DNA of 64,000 bases, taken from NCBI RefSeq assembly GCF_055900595.2, contig NZ_CM148325.1; one strand, given 5' to 3'. A program made the translations under genes and the position numbers. The notes under the pieces were generated by a model, which made no database searches, was not told where the DNA came from, and saw only the letters and a program-made list of their open reading frames with translations. Below are positions 9,854 to 19,287 of this stretch, piece after piece. Position 1 is the first letter of the stretch. Every line of letters begins with the position of its first letter.

Positions 9854-11207
9854 GTTTCAACTAATTTTATTAGATAATGTGGCCGAGGTAATCGACTCTA
9901 GACATAAAACCCCCAATTACACAGAAACCGGCTACCCAATGGTTCGTGTTGTCGATATTAAAAATGGTGAATTAGATTTAAAGAATACAAAGAGAGTCAC
10001 AAAGGATATATACGAGGACTTTTCAAAAGGACGATCTCCACAGATTGGAGATCTCATTATTTCCCGAGTAGGCTCATATGGGAACATATCCTACGTTTCA
10101 AAAAATGAAAAATTTTGCCTAGGGCAAAACACTGCATTTATTATCCCAAATGAAAAAAATAGCTATCTATATTATGCTTTAATATCTCCTTTTGTACAAC
10201 AACAAATTAACGACATGGCTGTCGGTGCTGTACAAAAAACAATTAGTTTAAAAAGCATTAAAAATTTAAAAATTCCGTACCCAGAGTTAAATATAAGAAA
10301 TATTATTTCTAAAAAATTAAGAGTTATTGATAATAGGATAAGTACTAATGATAAAATAAATCAAACCCTGGAAAAAATGTCCCAAACCCTGTTCAAATCC
10401 TGGTTTGTGGATTTTGATCCGGTGATTGATAACGCTCTGGATGCAGGAAATCCAATCCCGGAAACCCTGCAATCTCGTACCGAATTGCGTCAAAAAGTAC
10501 GTAATAGTACAGATTTTAAACCGCTTCCGGCGGAAATTCGCTCGCTTTTCCCAAGTGAATTTGAAGAAACGGAGTTGGGTTGGGTGCCAAAGGGCTGGAC
10601 GCTGAAGTCTGTAGCAAAATCCATAAATATAAATCCTAGTCTAAAATTACCAAAAAATAAAATCGCAAAGTATGTTGATATGAAATCTTTACCTACTCAA
10701 GGATATTCAATATCAGATATTATTGAAAAGCCATATTCAGGGGGAGCGAAATTCCAAAATAACGATACTTTATTCGCTCGGATAACTCCATGCCTAGAAA
10801 ATGGTAAAACAGGATTTGTTGATTTTTTAGATGAAAAAGAGACTGCGTTTGGCTCTACTGAATTTATAGTGATGCGAGGTACTCCTCAAGTACATTATTT
10901 GTATGTGGCTTGTTTAGCCCGAGAAAGTAATTTCAGGTTACATGCAATACAAAACATGATCGGTTCATCCGGCCGCCAACGGGTACAGAATAGCTGCTTT
11001 GATAGCTTTTATATTGCAATACCAACACCTGCTGTAATGAGCTTATTTTCAGGAAAAGTCAGTAGTTACTTTGATAAAATGTATTTCTGTAATTTGGAAA
11101 ACAAATCCCTGACAGCCCTCCGCGACACCCTGCTCCCGAAACTCATCTCCGGCGAGCTATCCCTGGAAGATCTTCCGGATCTCACCACCGATACAGAAGC
11201 CGCATAA
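9843..11207 (+). CDS. hsdS: Type I restriction-modification specificity subunit HsdS (two TRDs)
   Basis: ORF track 9810..11207; start set at in-frame MGSKFQL (aa 12), overlapping the hsdM stop. Two AT-rich variable regions separated and followed by conserved spacer segments (LFKSWFVDFDP ..., LRDTLLPKLISGEL). Confidence 0.85.
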   Translation: MGSKFQLILLDNVAEVIDSRHKTPNYTETGYPMVRVVDIKNGELDLKNTKRVTKDIYEDFSKGRSPQIGDLIISRVGSYGNISYVSKNEKFCLGQNTAFIIPNEKNSYLYYALISPFVQQQINDMAVGAVQKTISLKSIKNLKIPYPELNIRNIISKKLRVIDNRISTNDKINQTLEKMSQTLFKSWFVDFDPVIDNALDAGNPIPETLQSRTELRQKVRNSTDFKPLPAEIRSLFPSEFEETELGWVPKGWTLKSVAKSININPSLKLPKNKIAKYVDMKSLPTQGYSISDIIEKPYSGGAKFQNNDTLFARITPCLENGKTGFVDFLDEKETAFGSTEFIVMRGTPQVHYLYVACLARESNFRLHAIQNMIGSSGRQRVQNSCFDSFYIAIPTPAVMSLFSGKVSSYFDKMYFCNLENKSLTALRDTLLPKLISGELSLEDLPDLTTDTEAA

Positions 11208-11301
11208 CGCATTTTGCCCCTGTAAAATCAGGGGCTTTCTGGTAAGGTTTTCTACTGATACGGGAATGCTTACCAGAAATTAGCCAGGGTTGGAGCGCGA
11301 T

Positions 11302-14300
11302 ATGAGTCTCTCTTTCAGTGAAGCAAAATTAGAACAAGCGATCATTGAACTGTTACAGGATCAGGGATATCAACACCTGATCGGCGATAATGTCCCACGT
11401 TCAAGTCTCGATCAGGTCATTATCGAAGACGATCTCCGTCATTATTTAGCGGCACGCTACCAGCCTGATGGCATTACTGAAGAAGAGATTCAGCGACTGA
11501 TCAAACAGTTCACCACGCTCCCCGCTTCCGATCTTTATGAAAGCAACAAAACATTTTGTCGCTGGCTGGCAAATGGTTTTCTGTTCAAACGCGACGATCG
11601 GCAACAAAAAGATCTCTATATTGAATTGCTCGACACCCGGCATCTACCTGCCGCACTGCGCCAGATATTTGACGCCGAAGATGTCCCGTTGCAACAGGCG
11701 GCGGAACTCCCGCCCTCCTATATTAATCCGCCGCTTAACCGGATTAAGATTGTTAACCAGCTTAAAATCTCTGGTAAAGATAATCAGACTCGTATTCCTG
11801 ACGGCATTCTCTATATCAACGGTCTGCCACTGGTCGTCTTTGAATTTAAAAGTGCGGTGCGCGAGCAGGATGCCAGTATTGGCGATGCCTGGAAGCAGCT
11901 CTGTAAACGCTATCGCCGGGATATTCCGCAACTGTTTATCTACAACGCGCTCTGCATTATTAGCGATGGCGTTAATAACCGGATGGGCAACCTGTTTGCG
12001 CCCTATGAATATTTTTACTCATGGCGCAAAGTCACCGGTAATGAAAACCGTGAACAGGACGGAATTCCGTCATTGCACTCAATGATTCAGGGGCTGTTTC
12101 ATCCGGTACGTCTGCTGGATGTGATTAAAAACTTTATCTGCTTCCCGGATAAAGCCAAGCACGAAGTAAAAATTTGCTGCCGTTATCCGCAGTACTATGC
12201 CGCCCGCAAACTCTATTACAGCATCAAGCAAGCGCGTAAACCTTTCGGTAGCGGTAAAGGCGGCACCTACTTTGGCGCAACGGGCTGTGGCAAAAGTTAC
12301 ACCATGCAATTTTTAACGCGTCTTTTGATGAAGAGCGTGGAGTTTGCCAGCCCGACCATTGTTTTGATCACCGACCGCACCGATCTGGACGATCAGCTTT
12401 CTGCGCAAATGTGCAATGCCAAAAATTACATTGGCGACGACACCATCGTTCCTGTTACCAGCCGTGAAGATTTGCGTAATCAACTGGCGGGACGCAATAG
12501 TGGCGGTGTATTCCTGACAACGATCCATAAATTCACCGAAGACACCGAACTCCTTTCTGAACGCAGCAATATCATTTGCATCTCGGACGAAGCACATCGC
12601 AGCCAGGTTAACCTCGACCAGAAAGTCATCGTCGATAAAGAAAGCGGAAAAGTGCGCAAAACTTATGGCTTTGCGAAATACCTGCACGATTCACTGCCAA
12701 ACGCCACCTATGTTGGCTTTACCGGAACTCCGATTGACGCAACACTCGATGTCTTCGGTGAGGTGATCGACAGTTACACCATGACCGAATCCGTTCAGGA
12801 TGAAATCACTGTACGCATCGTGTACGAAGGCCGTGCGGCTAAAGTGATCCTGGACTCCAGCAAACTGGAAGAAGTCGAAAAGTATTACGAAGAGTGCGCA
12901 AACGCAGGCACCAATGAGTGGCAAATCGACGAAAGCAAAAAAGCCACCGCAACCATGAATGCGGTACTGGGTGATGAAGATCGGTTAAAAGCCCTCGCGG
13001 AAGATTTTGCTAAACATTATGAAAAACGCGTAGCCGAAGGTTCCACCGTAAAAGGCAAAGCCATGTTTGTTTGTGCCAGCCGTGAAATTGCCTGGGATTT
13101 CTACCGTCAGCTTAAAGCTATTCGCCCTGCCTGGTATGAAGTGAAGCAAGCCCCCGATGGCGTCGTCCTGACAGAACAGGAGCAAAAAGAGTTACCGCCT
13201 TCTGAAATGGTGAAGATGGTCATGACGCGCGGTAAAGATGACGACGAGGCGCTTTATGATTTACTGGGCACAAAAGAATATCGTAAAGAGCTGGATAAGC
13301 AGTTCAAAAACGCTAAATCGAATTTCAAAATTGCCATTGTTGTTGATATGTGGCTGACCGGTTTTGACGTTCCTGAACTGGATACCATCTATATTGATAA
13401 GCCCTTACAAAAACATAACCTTATCCAGACCATTTCTCGCGTTAACCGTAAACTGGAAGGCAAAAGTAAAGGGTTAGTGGTGGACTACATCGGCATTAAA
13501 AGTCAGATGAACCAGGCACTGGCAATGTATTCCCGCATTGATGCCACCAACTTTGAAGATATTCAGCAATCGGTAATCGAAGTTAAAAACCATCTCGATT
13601 TGTTGGGGCAAGTCTTTTACGAATTTGACAGTCGGGATTATTTTAGTGGTGAGCCACAAGCGCAATTATCCTGCCTCAACCGCGCGGCGGAATTCGTTCT
13701 GAGTACCCAGAAAGTTGAACGTCGTTTTATGGGACTGGTTAAACGCATGAAAGCCGCCTACGACGTCTGCTGCGGCAGCGAAGCATTATCACAGACAGAA
13801 CGTGACTATATTCACTATTATCTTGCTGTTCGTTCAATTGTTTTCAAACTGACGAAAGGTGACGCACCGGATGTTACCCAGATGAATGCACGCGTTCGCG
13901 AAATGATTGCAGAAGCGTTAAAAGCTGATGGCGTAGAAGAGATTTATTTTCTTGGCGATAAAAAAGCGGAATCCATCGATATTTTTGACGAAGATTATCT
14001 GGCGCGAATTAACAAGATCAAACTTCCGGCAACGAAGATCCAGTTATTACAAAAATTACTGGAAAAAGCAATCAGCGACTTCAAGAAAGTGAACCAGTTG
14101 CAAGGGATTAACTTCACCCGCCGCTTCCAGGCGATTATAGATCGTTATAATGAGCGGCGAGAAGATGATGTACTCAACGGTGAAGAATTCGATACATTCA
14201 GTCAGGAAATGACCGATATTATCTATGATATTAAAACCGAAATGGGTACCTGGGCCGACTTAGGCATTGATATTGAAGAAAAAGCCTTTTTCGACATTCT

Positions 14301-14565
14301 TGCTCATATGCGCGATAAATATCAGTTCACCTATGACGATGAAAAAATGCTGTCACTGGCAAAAGAGATGAAAAGCGTGGTTGACAACACATCGAAATAT
14401 CCTGACTGGAGTAAACGCGATGATATTAAAGCGAAACTGAAAGTTGAACTTATTCTGCTTCTACACAAGCATAAGTTCCCGCCAGTAGCGAATGATGATG
14501 TTTATATGGGTGTGCTGGCACAGGCAGAGAATTTTAAAGAACACCATATGAGTGCTTTAAATTAA
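11302..14565 (+). CDS. hsdR: Type I restriction enzyme R subunit HsdR
   Basis: ORF track 11290..14565; helicase motifs GATGCGKSYT (Walker A) and ISDEAHRS (DEAH box) seen. Start placed at second in-frame ATG (MSLSF), which has GGAG upstream; 11290 is the alternative. Confidence 0.9.
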   Translation: MSLSFSEAKLEQAIIELLQDQGYQHLIGDNVPRSSLDQVIIEDDLRHYLAARYQPDGITEEEIQRLIKQFTTLPASDLYESNKTFCRWLANGFLFKRDDRQQKDLYIELLDTRHLPAALRQIFDAEDVPLQQAAELPPSYINPPLNRIKIVNQLKISGKDNQTRIPDGILYINGLPLVVFEFKSAVREQDASIGDAWKQLCKRYRRDIPQLFIYNALCIISDGVNNRMGNLFAPYEYFYSWRKVTGNENREQDGIPSLHSMIQGLFHPVRLLDVIKNFICFPDKAKHEVKICCRYPQYYAARKLYYSIKQARKPFGSGKGGTYFGATGCGKSYTMQFLTRLLMKSVEFASPTIVLITDRTDLDDQLSAQMCNAKNYIGDDTIVPVTSREDLRNQLAGRNSGGVFLTTIHKFTEDTELLSERSNIICISDEAHRSQVNLDQKVIVDKESGKVRKTYGFAKYLHDSLPNATYVGFTGTPIDATLDVFGEVIDSYTMTESVQDEITVRIVYEGRAAKVILDSSKLEEVEKYYEECANAGTNEWQIDESKKATATMNAVLGDEDRLKALAEDFAKHYEKRVAEGSTVKGKAMFVCASREIAWDFYRQLKAIRPAWYEVKQAPDGVVLTEQEQKELPPSEMVKMVMTRGKDDDEALYDLLGTKEYRKELDKQFKNAKSNFKIAIVVDMWLTGFDVPELDTIYIDKPLQKHNLIQTISRVNRKLEGKSKGLVVDYIGIKSQMNQALAMYSRIDATNFEDIQQSVIEVKNHLDLLGQVFYEFDSRDYFSGEPQAQLSCLNRAAEFVLSTQKVERRFMGLVKRMKAAYDVCCGSEALSQTERDYIHYYLAVRSIVFKLTKGDAPDVTQMNARVREMIAEALKADGVEEIYFLGDKKAESIDIFDEDYLARINKIKLPATKIQLLQKLLEKAISDFKKVNQLQGINFTRRFQAIIDRYNERREDDVLNGEEFDTFSQEMTDIIYDIKTEMGTWADLGIDIEEKAFFDILAHMRDKYQFTYDDEKMLSLAKEMKSVVDNTSKYPDWSKRDDIKAKLKVELILLLHKHKFPPVANDDVYMGVLAQAENFKEHHMSALN

Positions 14566-14811
14566 TTATGAAGGCCGGATAATTCAATAATTATTCGGCT
14601 TACTCATTTATAAATATGGTAAAAACATCATAACAATATCTATAAATCATAGTTAAAAAAATCACGCTAACTCATTAAAAATATAAGTATTTTCACATTA
14701 TGGGTAAAAATACCATTCTCCTTTTGAGCTTAACAAATACAGACTCTATCCATTCATAACAGATCCGTGCATAATTTCATTTATCGCAGCACAACCAAAA
14801 CACAACACAAC

Positions 14812-14926
14812 CATCACATCACATCACATCACATCACATCACATCACATCACATCACATCACATCACATCACATCACATCGCATCACATCGCATCACATC
14901 ACATCGCATCACATCGCATTACATCA
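14812..14926. repeat. pentanucleotide microsatellite, about 23 units of CATCA with CATCG/CATTA variants
   Basis: Read directly: (CATCA)n runs uninterrupted from about 14812, with CATCG and CATTA variant units toward the 3' end, in the AT-rich intergenic region between hsdR and the downstream S-M module. Confidence 0.9.
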
Positions 14927-15220
14927 ACTTAACTTAAGTTAATAAATTTAAAACATATAACGCACAAAATTGGTCGTCTGATCTTTAGCGGAAAAAATCA
15001 TGACTGTAAAGTCATCATGTATTAACTACTTTTCCAGATATCACACCATTAAAAAAAATAAAAAAAATCAATTAGTTATAAAATTTTCAAACATAACACA
15101 TAACATTAATCTGATGCTCTCCAAAAAAATTAAGCAGTGCAGGGTGACAACCCCATAGCAGTACGCTACCTTACTGAAAAATTACTTAATACGATACTGA
15201 AAGTTAGAAGGAGCCACACC

Positions 15221-15391
15221 ATGAGGAAAAAGAAAGGGTTAAACCGAGTTATTTGCTTGTTTTTGATAACAATTTTATCACATTTAGTGTCTGATGATGA
15301 TATCCTATTATTTCAGTTAGAGGATCTGTCAAAAGCAAATACCTCTATGGGTATTCATCTTTCCGTTGATTTCAAACATGAGACCAAATGA
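15221..15391 (+). CDS. small ORF (56 aa) translationally coupled to the downstream half-S gene; hypothetical
   Basis: In-frame ATG (aa 29 of ORF 15137..15391) preceded by AGAAGGAG at 7-nt spacing; stop overlaps the next start as ATGA. Product MRKKKGLNRVICLFLITILSHLV... has a basic N-terminus and one hydrophobic stretch. No family recognised. Confidence 0.35.
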   Translation: MRKKKGLNRVICLFLITILSHLVSDDDILLFQLEDLSKANTSMGIHLSVDFKHETK

Positions 15392-15969
15392 TTATGAAAA
15401 ATCTATCAGAGATAGCATATGTTTTTGGTGGACACTCATTTCGTACCAAAGCTGAAGCTGCAACAGGTTGCATCAAACTTATTCAGATAAAAGATATACA
15501 GGCAGGCATATTTGGTGATTTCTCGTCACTTCCTTTTGCAGATCTTTCAGAAGAAAAACTAAAATTCAACCTAAAAACAAATGATATTCTTTTACCTTTA
15601 AGAGGCGAAAGGATAGCAGCAATGATGATAGATAACGAAAATAATGTTGCAGTTACTACAACGAATCAAATTGCCATTATAAGAATTAATAGCAATTTGA
15701 TCACTCCAGAGTATTTGTTATATTTTCTAAATGCACCGAAAGGTATTAATCTGATAAATGAACTACAAGGTAACGGATTGGTTACAAACCTTAGCATAAA
15801 AAAACTTACAACATTAACATTACCGATTCCATCATTGGATATTCAATATGAAGTTATTAACCTTCATAACATGTGGACAAAACAAAAAGAGACCTTATGT
15901 AGTTTAATAGAAAATGGTTCTGCATTGTGTCATGCAACAATCAATAAGTTAATCTACAAAGGAGAGTAA
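15388..15969 (+). CDS. half-size (single-TRD) Type I-like specificity subunit (HsdS-like)
   Basis: 193 aa; begins like a target-recognition domain (LSEIAYVFGGHSF) and ends with the conserved TRD-distal segment (ITPEYLLYFLNAPKGINLINELQGNGLVTNLSIKKLTTLTLPIP). AT-rich codon usage. Followed 3 nt later by the MTase gene. Confidence 0.7.
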   Translation: MIMKNLSEIAYVFGGHSFRTKAEAATGCIKLIQIKDIQAGIFGDFSSLPFADLSEEKLKFNLKTNDILLPLRGERIAAMMIDNENNVAVTTTNQIAIIRINSNLITPEYLLYFLNAPKGINLINELQGNGLVTNLSIKKLTTLTLPIPSLDIQYEVINLHNMWTKQKETLCSLIENGSALCHATINKLIYKGE

Positions 15970-15971
15970 AT

Positions 15972-17231
15972 ATGAAAATACAAGAATTTATAAGCATATT
16001 ACAATCTATCCCCTGCAATTCCCTGGATAAATACCAGAAAATGCTTATTTGTTTTGAAGCTACTGTACTAACTTATTTACATAAGGACTCTGCCAAGAAA
16101 ATTATATCAGTAAGTGAAATGGATATTGAACATATTTACAGACACTCGCCGTCATTAAATAAAAACAAAGTAACATGGGATGAGTTTTCTTATATTTTTT
16201 CAGATATAATCTTTCATATAAAGTCCTCTAACATGGATGTCAATAAATATATATCAAATATATTTCAACACCTTTGTTACGATTATCATCACAAAAAATT
16301 CTCTAAAATAGATATTATTAATATAATCACCTCGAATATTGAGCAACTAAGACCTCTATCTCAAAGGCATCATACTCCTAATGAGTTGGTTGAATTAATG
16401 AGTAAAATAGTCAATATCCAAGATGGTGATATTTTTTATGATCCTGCATGTGGTTCAGGTGAGTTCATTTCTGCAATGTTTAATAAAAATGTCATGATAT
16501 ATGGTACTGAAAGCATCATAGAAAGAGCTAAAATATCAAAATTAAAAATGCTCGCAACCGGAAATAATCCTTTAAATATTACGACGCCATATTTTAACGA
16601 TAATAATCTACCTGAAAAATTTGATATTATTTTATCCAACCCCCCTTTCTCTCTAAAAATACCTGAAAATATGCAAAAAAAAATTTGCATTTATGGAGAA
16701 CCACCTGTTTCAAATGCTGATTTTATATTTTTACAATTCTGCATTTACAAACTAAAAAATAATGGATGCGCTGCTATCATCATGCCGGACAGCATTTTAT
16801 TTAGAAGTGGAAAAGAACAAGAAATACGTAAATCATTTATTGAGAAAGGGCATATTTCCACCATTATTTTTTTACCGAAAGGTATTTTTAAAAACACTTA
16901 TGTACCAACAAGCATTTTGCTACTACGCAAGCAAAATGACTATGACGACATCCTATTCATTGATGCAAGAGATAAAACAACCTTCAACAACGATCTTATA
17001 ATTCATTTATTTACTGAACGTGAAAATAATAAGTTATCGAAGATTGTTACAAAATCAGAAATTGCTGATAATGATTATAACTTGTCAGCAGCATTATATT
17101 TTAAAGAAGAAACAGAAATACCAGAAATAGAACAATTAATAGACAATCAAAAATACCTCAGCAGTAAATTACAGGATTTACATTATGATTTCATTCACAC
17201 TATATCCAGATTATCACCAAAAAATGAATAA
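15972..17231 (+). CDS. compact gamma-class N6-adenine DNA methyltransferase (HsdM-like, 419 aa)
   Basis: Motif I DPACGSGEF and motif IV NPPFS in HsdM-like order and spacing; AGGAG precedes the ATG. Strongly AT-rich. About 130 N-terminal residues unassigned. Confidence 0.8.
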   Translation: MKIQEFISILQSIPCNSLDKYQKMLICFEATVLTYLHKDSAKKIISVSEMDIEHIYRHSPSLNKNKVTWDEFSYIFSDIIFHIKSSNMDVNKYISNIFQHLCYDYHHKKFSKIDIINIITSNIEQLRPLSQRHHTPNELVELMSKIVNIQDGDIFYDPACGSGEFISAMFNKNVMIYGTESIIERAKISKLKMLATGNNPLNITTPYFNDNNLPEKFDIILSNPPFSLKIPENMQKKICIYGEPPVSNADFIFLQFCIYKLKNNGCAAIIMPDSILFRSGKEQEIRKSFIEKGHISTIIFLPKGIFKNTYVPTSILLLRKQNDYDDILFIDARDKTTFNNDLIIHLFTERENNKLSKIVTKSEIADNDYNLSAALYFKEETEIPEIEQLIDNQKYLSSKLQDLHYDFIHTISRLSPKNE

Positions 17232-17261
17232 TTTGCTGCAAAACGCCACGCTAAGCTCCCC

Positions 17262-17284
17262 CCTTCCCTGCACGGGAAGGGGAA
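17262..17284. terminator. hairpin between convergent MTase gene and yjiS
   Basis: CCCTTCCC-TGCAC-GGGAAGGG inverted repeat read directly. Coordinates approximate. Confidence 0.4.
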
Positions 17285-17292
17285 TTGCCCCC

Positions 17293-17457
17293 TCACTCCA
17301 CATCCTCCCTGCGTAACCCAATATCTCTCAACCGCTCATCACTCATCTGCTGTAACACGCGTCGGGTCTGCATTTGCCGCCGCCAACGCCTCACCGCCTG
17401 CCAGAGTTGCACCAGGCCGATAAACGGCGGTTTAGCTCTGTTTTCGTGAAATTCCAT
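17293..17457 (-). CDS. yjiS: DUF1127-family small protein YjiS (54 aa)
   Basis: Not in the ORF track (<60 aa). My reverse-complement translation: MEFHENRAKPPFIGLVQLWQAVRRWRRQMQTRRVLQQMSDERLRDIGLRREDVE. Divergent from yjiR. Coordinates approximate. Confidence 0.7.
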   Translation of the reverse strand: MEFHENRAKPPFIGLVQLWQAVRRWRRQMQTRRVLQQMSDERLRDIGLRREDVE

Positions 17458-17633
17458 CTGCTGCCTCCTCATCTTTCAGAGGCTTCATCATCCGCCTTCT
17501 GGCAGTTCACAATACAGATGCAAATATCAGTTTTATTTAACATACAGACAGGTTAAAACAACATCTGCATCCGGTTTTTTAGCCTCATCTGTACCGGTTT
17601 TTCTCTCTGTATGGTCCAAATAAGGAGTACAGC

Positions 17634-19046
17634 ATGACGCGTTATCAACATCTGGCGACTCTGCTTGCCGAACGGATTGAGCAAGGGCTGTATCGTCACG
17701 GGGAGAAATTGCCGTCGGTGCGCAGCTTAAGTCAGGAGCACGGCGTCAGTATCAGCACCGTGCAGCAGGCGTATCAGACGCTGGAGACGATGAAGCTCAT
17801 CACTCCGCAGCCGCGTTCGGGTTATTTTGTCGCACAACGTAAAGCCCAGCCGCCAGTGCCACCAATGACGCGTCCGGTGCAGCGCCCGGTGGAAATTACC
17901 CAGTGGGATCAGGTGCTGGATATGCTGGAAGCGCATAGCGACAGTTCCATTGTTCCGTTAAGCAAAAGCACGCCGGATGTCGAAACGCCCAGCCTGAAAC
18001 CACTCTGGCGGGAGCTAAGCCGGGTGGTACAGCATAATCTGCAAACCGTTCTCGGTTATGACTTGTTAGCCGGTCAGCGAGTATTGCGCGAGCAGATTGC
18101 CCGCCTGATGCTCGACAGCGGCTCGGTGGTCACCGCCGATGACATCATCATCACCAGCGGCTGCCATAATTCGATGTCGATGGCGTTAATGGCGGTGTGT
18201 AAACCGGGCGATATTGTCGCGGTCGAATCCCCCTGTTATTACGGTTCGATGCAGATGCTGCGCGGCATGGGCGTGAAAGTGATTGAAATCCCAACCGATC
18301 CAGAAACTGGCATCAGCGTTGAAGCGCTGGAGCTGGCGCTGGAACAGTGGCCGATTAAAGGCATCATTCTGGTGCCAAACTGTAATAATCCGCTGGGATT
18401 TATTATGCCGGACGCACGCAAACGGGCCGTTCTCTCTCTCGCCCAGCGTCATGATATTGTGATTTTTGAAGATGATGTCTACGGCGAACTGGCGACGGAG
18501 TATCCGCGCCCGCGGACCATTCATTCCTGGGATATCGACGGGCGAGTGCTGTTGTGCAGCTCGTTCAGTAAAAGTATTGCTCCAGGCCTGCGCGTGGGTT
18601 GGGTCGCACCGGGGCGCTATCACGATAAACTGCTGCATATGAAATACGCCATCAGCAGCTTTAATGTGCCGTCCACGCAAATGGCGGCGGCAACGTTTGT
18701 GCTGGAAGGTCACTATCATCGCCATATTCGGCGGATGCGGCAGAATTATCAGCGCAATTTGGCGCTTTATACCTGCTGGATACGGGAATATTTTCCCTGC
18801 GAAATCTGTATTACGCGCCCGAAAGGCGGATTTTTACTGTGGATAGAATTGCCTGAACAGGTCGATATGGTCTGCGTTGCGCGACAGCTGTACCGCATGA
18901 AAATCCAGGTGGCGGCAGGCTCGATTTTCTCGGCTTCCGGCAAATACCGTAATTGTCTACGCATCAACTGCGCTTTACCGCTCAGCGAAACCTATCGCGA
19001 AGCACTGAAGCAAATTGGCGAGGCCGTGTATCGGGCAATGGAATGA
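17634..19046 (+). CDS. yjiR: MocR-family transcriptional regulator (GntR HTH + aminotransferase-like domain) YjiR
   Basis: 470 aa; N-terminal GntR-type HTH (LPSVRSLSQEHGVSISTVQQAYQ) and C-terminal fold-type-I aminotransferase-like domain. AAGGAG before the ATG. Confidence 0.85.
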   Translation: MTRYQHLATLLAERIEQGLYRHGEKLPSVRSLSQEHGVSISTVQQAYQTLETMKLITPQPRSGYFVAQRKAQPPVPPMTRPVQRPVEITQWDQVLDMLEAHSDSSIVPLSKSTPDVETPSLKPLWRELSRVVQHNLQTVLGYDLLAGQRVLREQIARLMLDSGSVVTADDIIITSGCHNSMSMALMAVCKPGDIVAVESPCYYGSMQMLRGMGVKVIEIPTDPETGISVEALELALEQWPIKGIILVPNCNNPLGFIMPDARKRAVLSLAQRHDIVIFEDDVYGELATEYPRPRTIHSWDIDGRVLLCSSFSKSIAPGLRVGWVAPGRYHDKLLHMKYAISSFNVPSTQMAAATFVLEGHYHRHIRRMRQNYQRNLALYTCWIREYFPCEICITRPKGGFLLWIELPEQVDMVCVARQLYRMKIQVAAGSIFSASGKYRNCLRINCALPLSETYREALKQIGEAVYRAME

Positions 19047-19149
19047 ATTCGAAATAGTGGCGAAGCGCCTGATTTCCTCTCACGAATCGCGTGTGACTCG
19101 TTTTATCTTTGCAGGGTCATCGTCACGTTCCAGCCTGAATTAAGCAAAG

Positions 19150-19260
19150 TACGCTTTGTTCATGCCGGATGCGGCGTGAACGCCTTATCCTGCCAACAAA
19201 CCGCGCAAATTCAATAGATTGTAGAGAAAATGTAGGTCTGATAAGCATAGCGCATCAGGC
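19150..19260. repeat. REP (repetitive extragenic palindrome) cluster
   Basis: GCCGGATGCGGCGTGAACGCCTTATCC and GTAGGTCTGATAAGCATAGCGCATCAGGC-type REP units between convergent yjiR and rpnD. Coordinates approximate. Confidence 0.6.
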
Positions 19261-19287
19261 AGCTTTGCGTTTGTCATCCGTCTCTGA

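Noticed and set aside
14812-14926. CATCA repeat considered as a possible CRISPR array
   Set aside because: The unit is 5 bp with no spacers, so it is a microsatellite, not a CRISPR repeat-spacer array; no cas genes are present.
15137-15220. Upstream extension of the small ORF to the track start at 15137
   Set aside because: The track start is a GTG without a ribosome-binding site; the internal ATG at 15221 has a strong AGAAGGAG site, so the shorter form is preferred.
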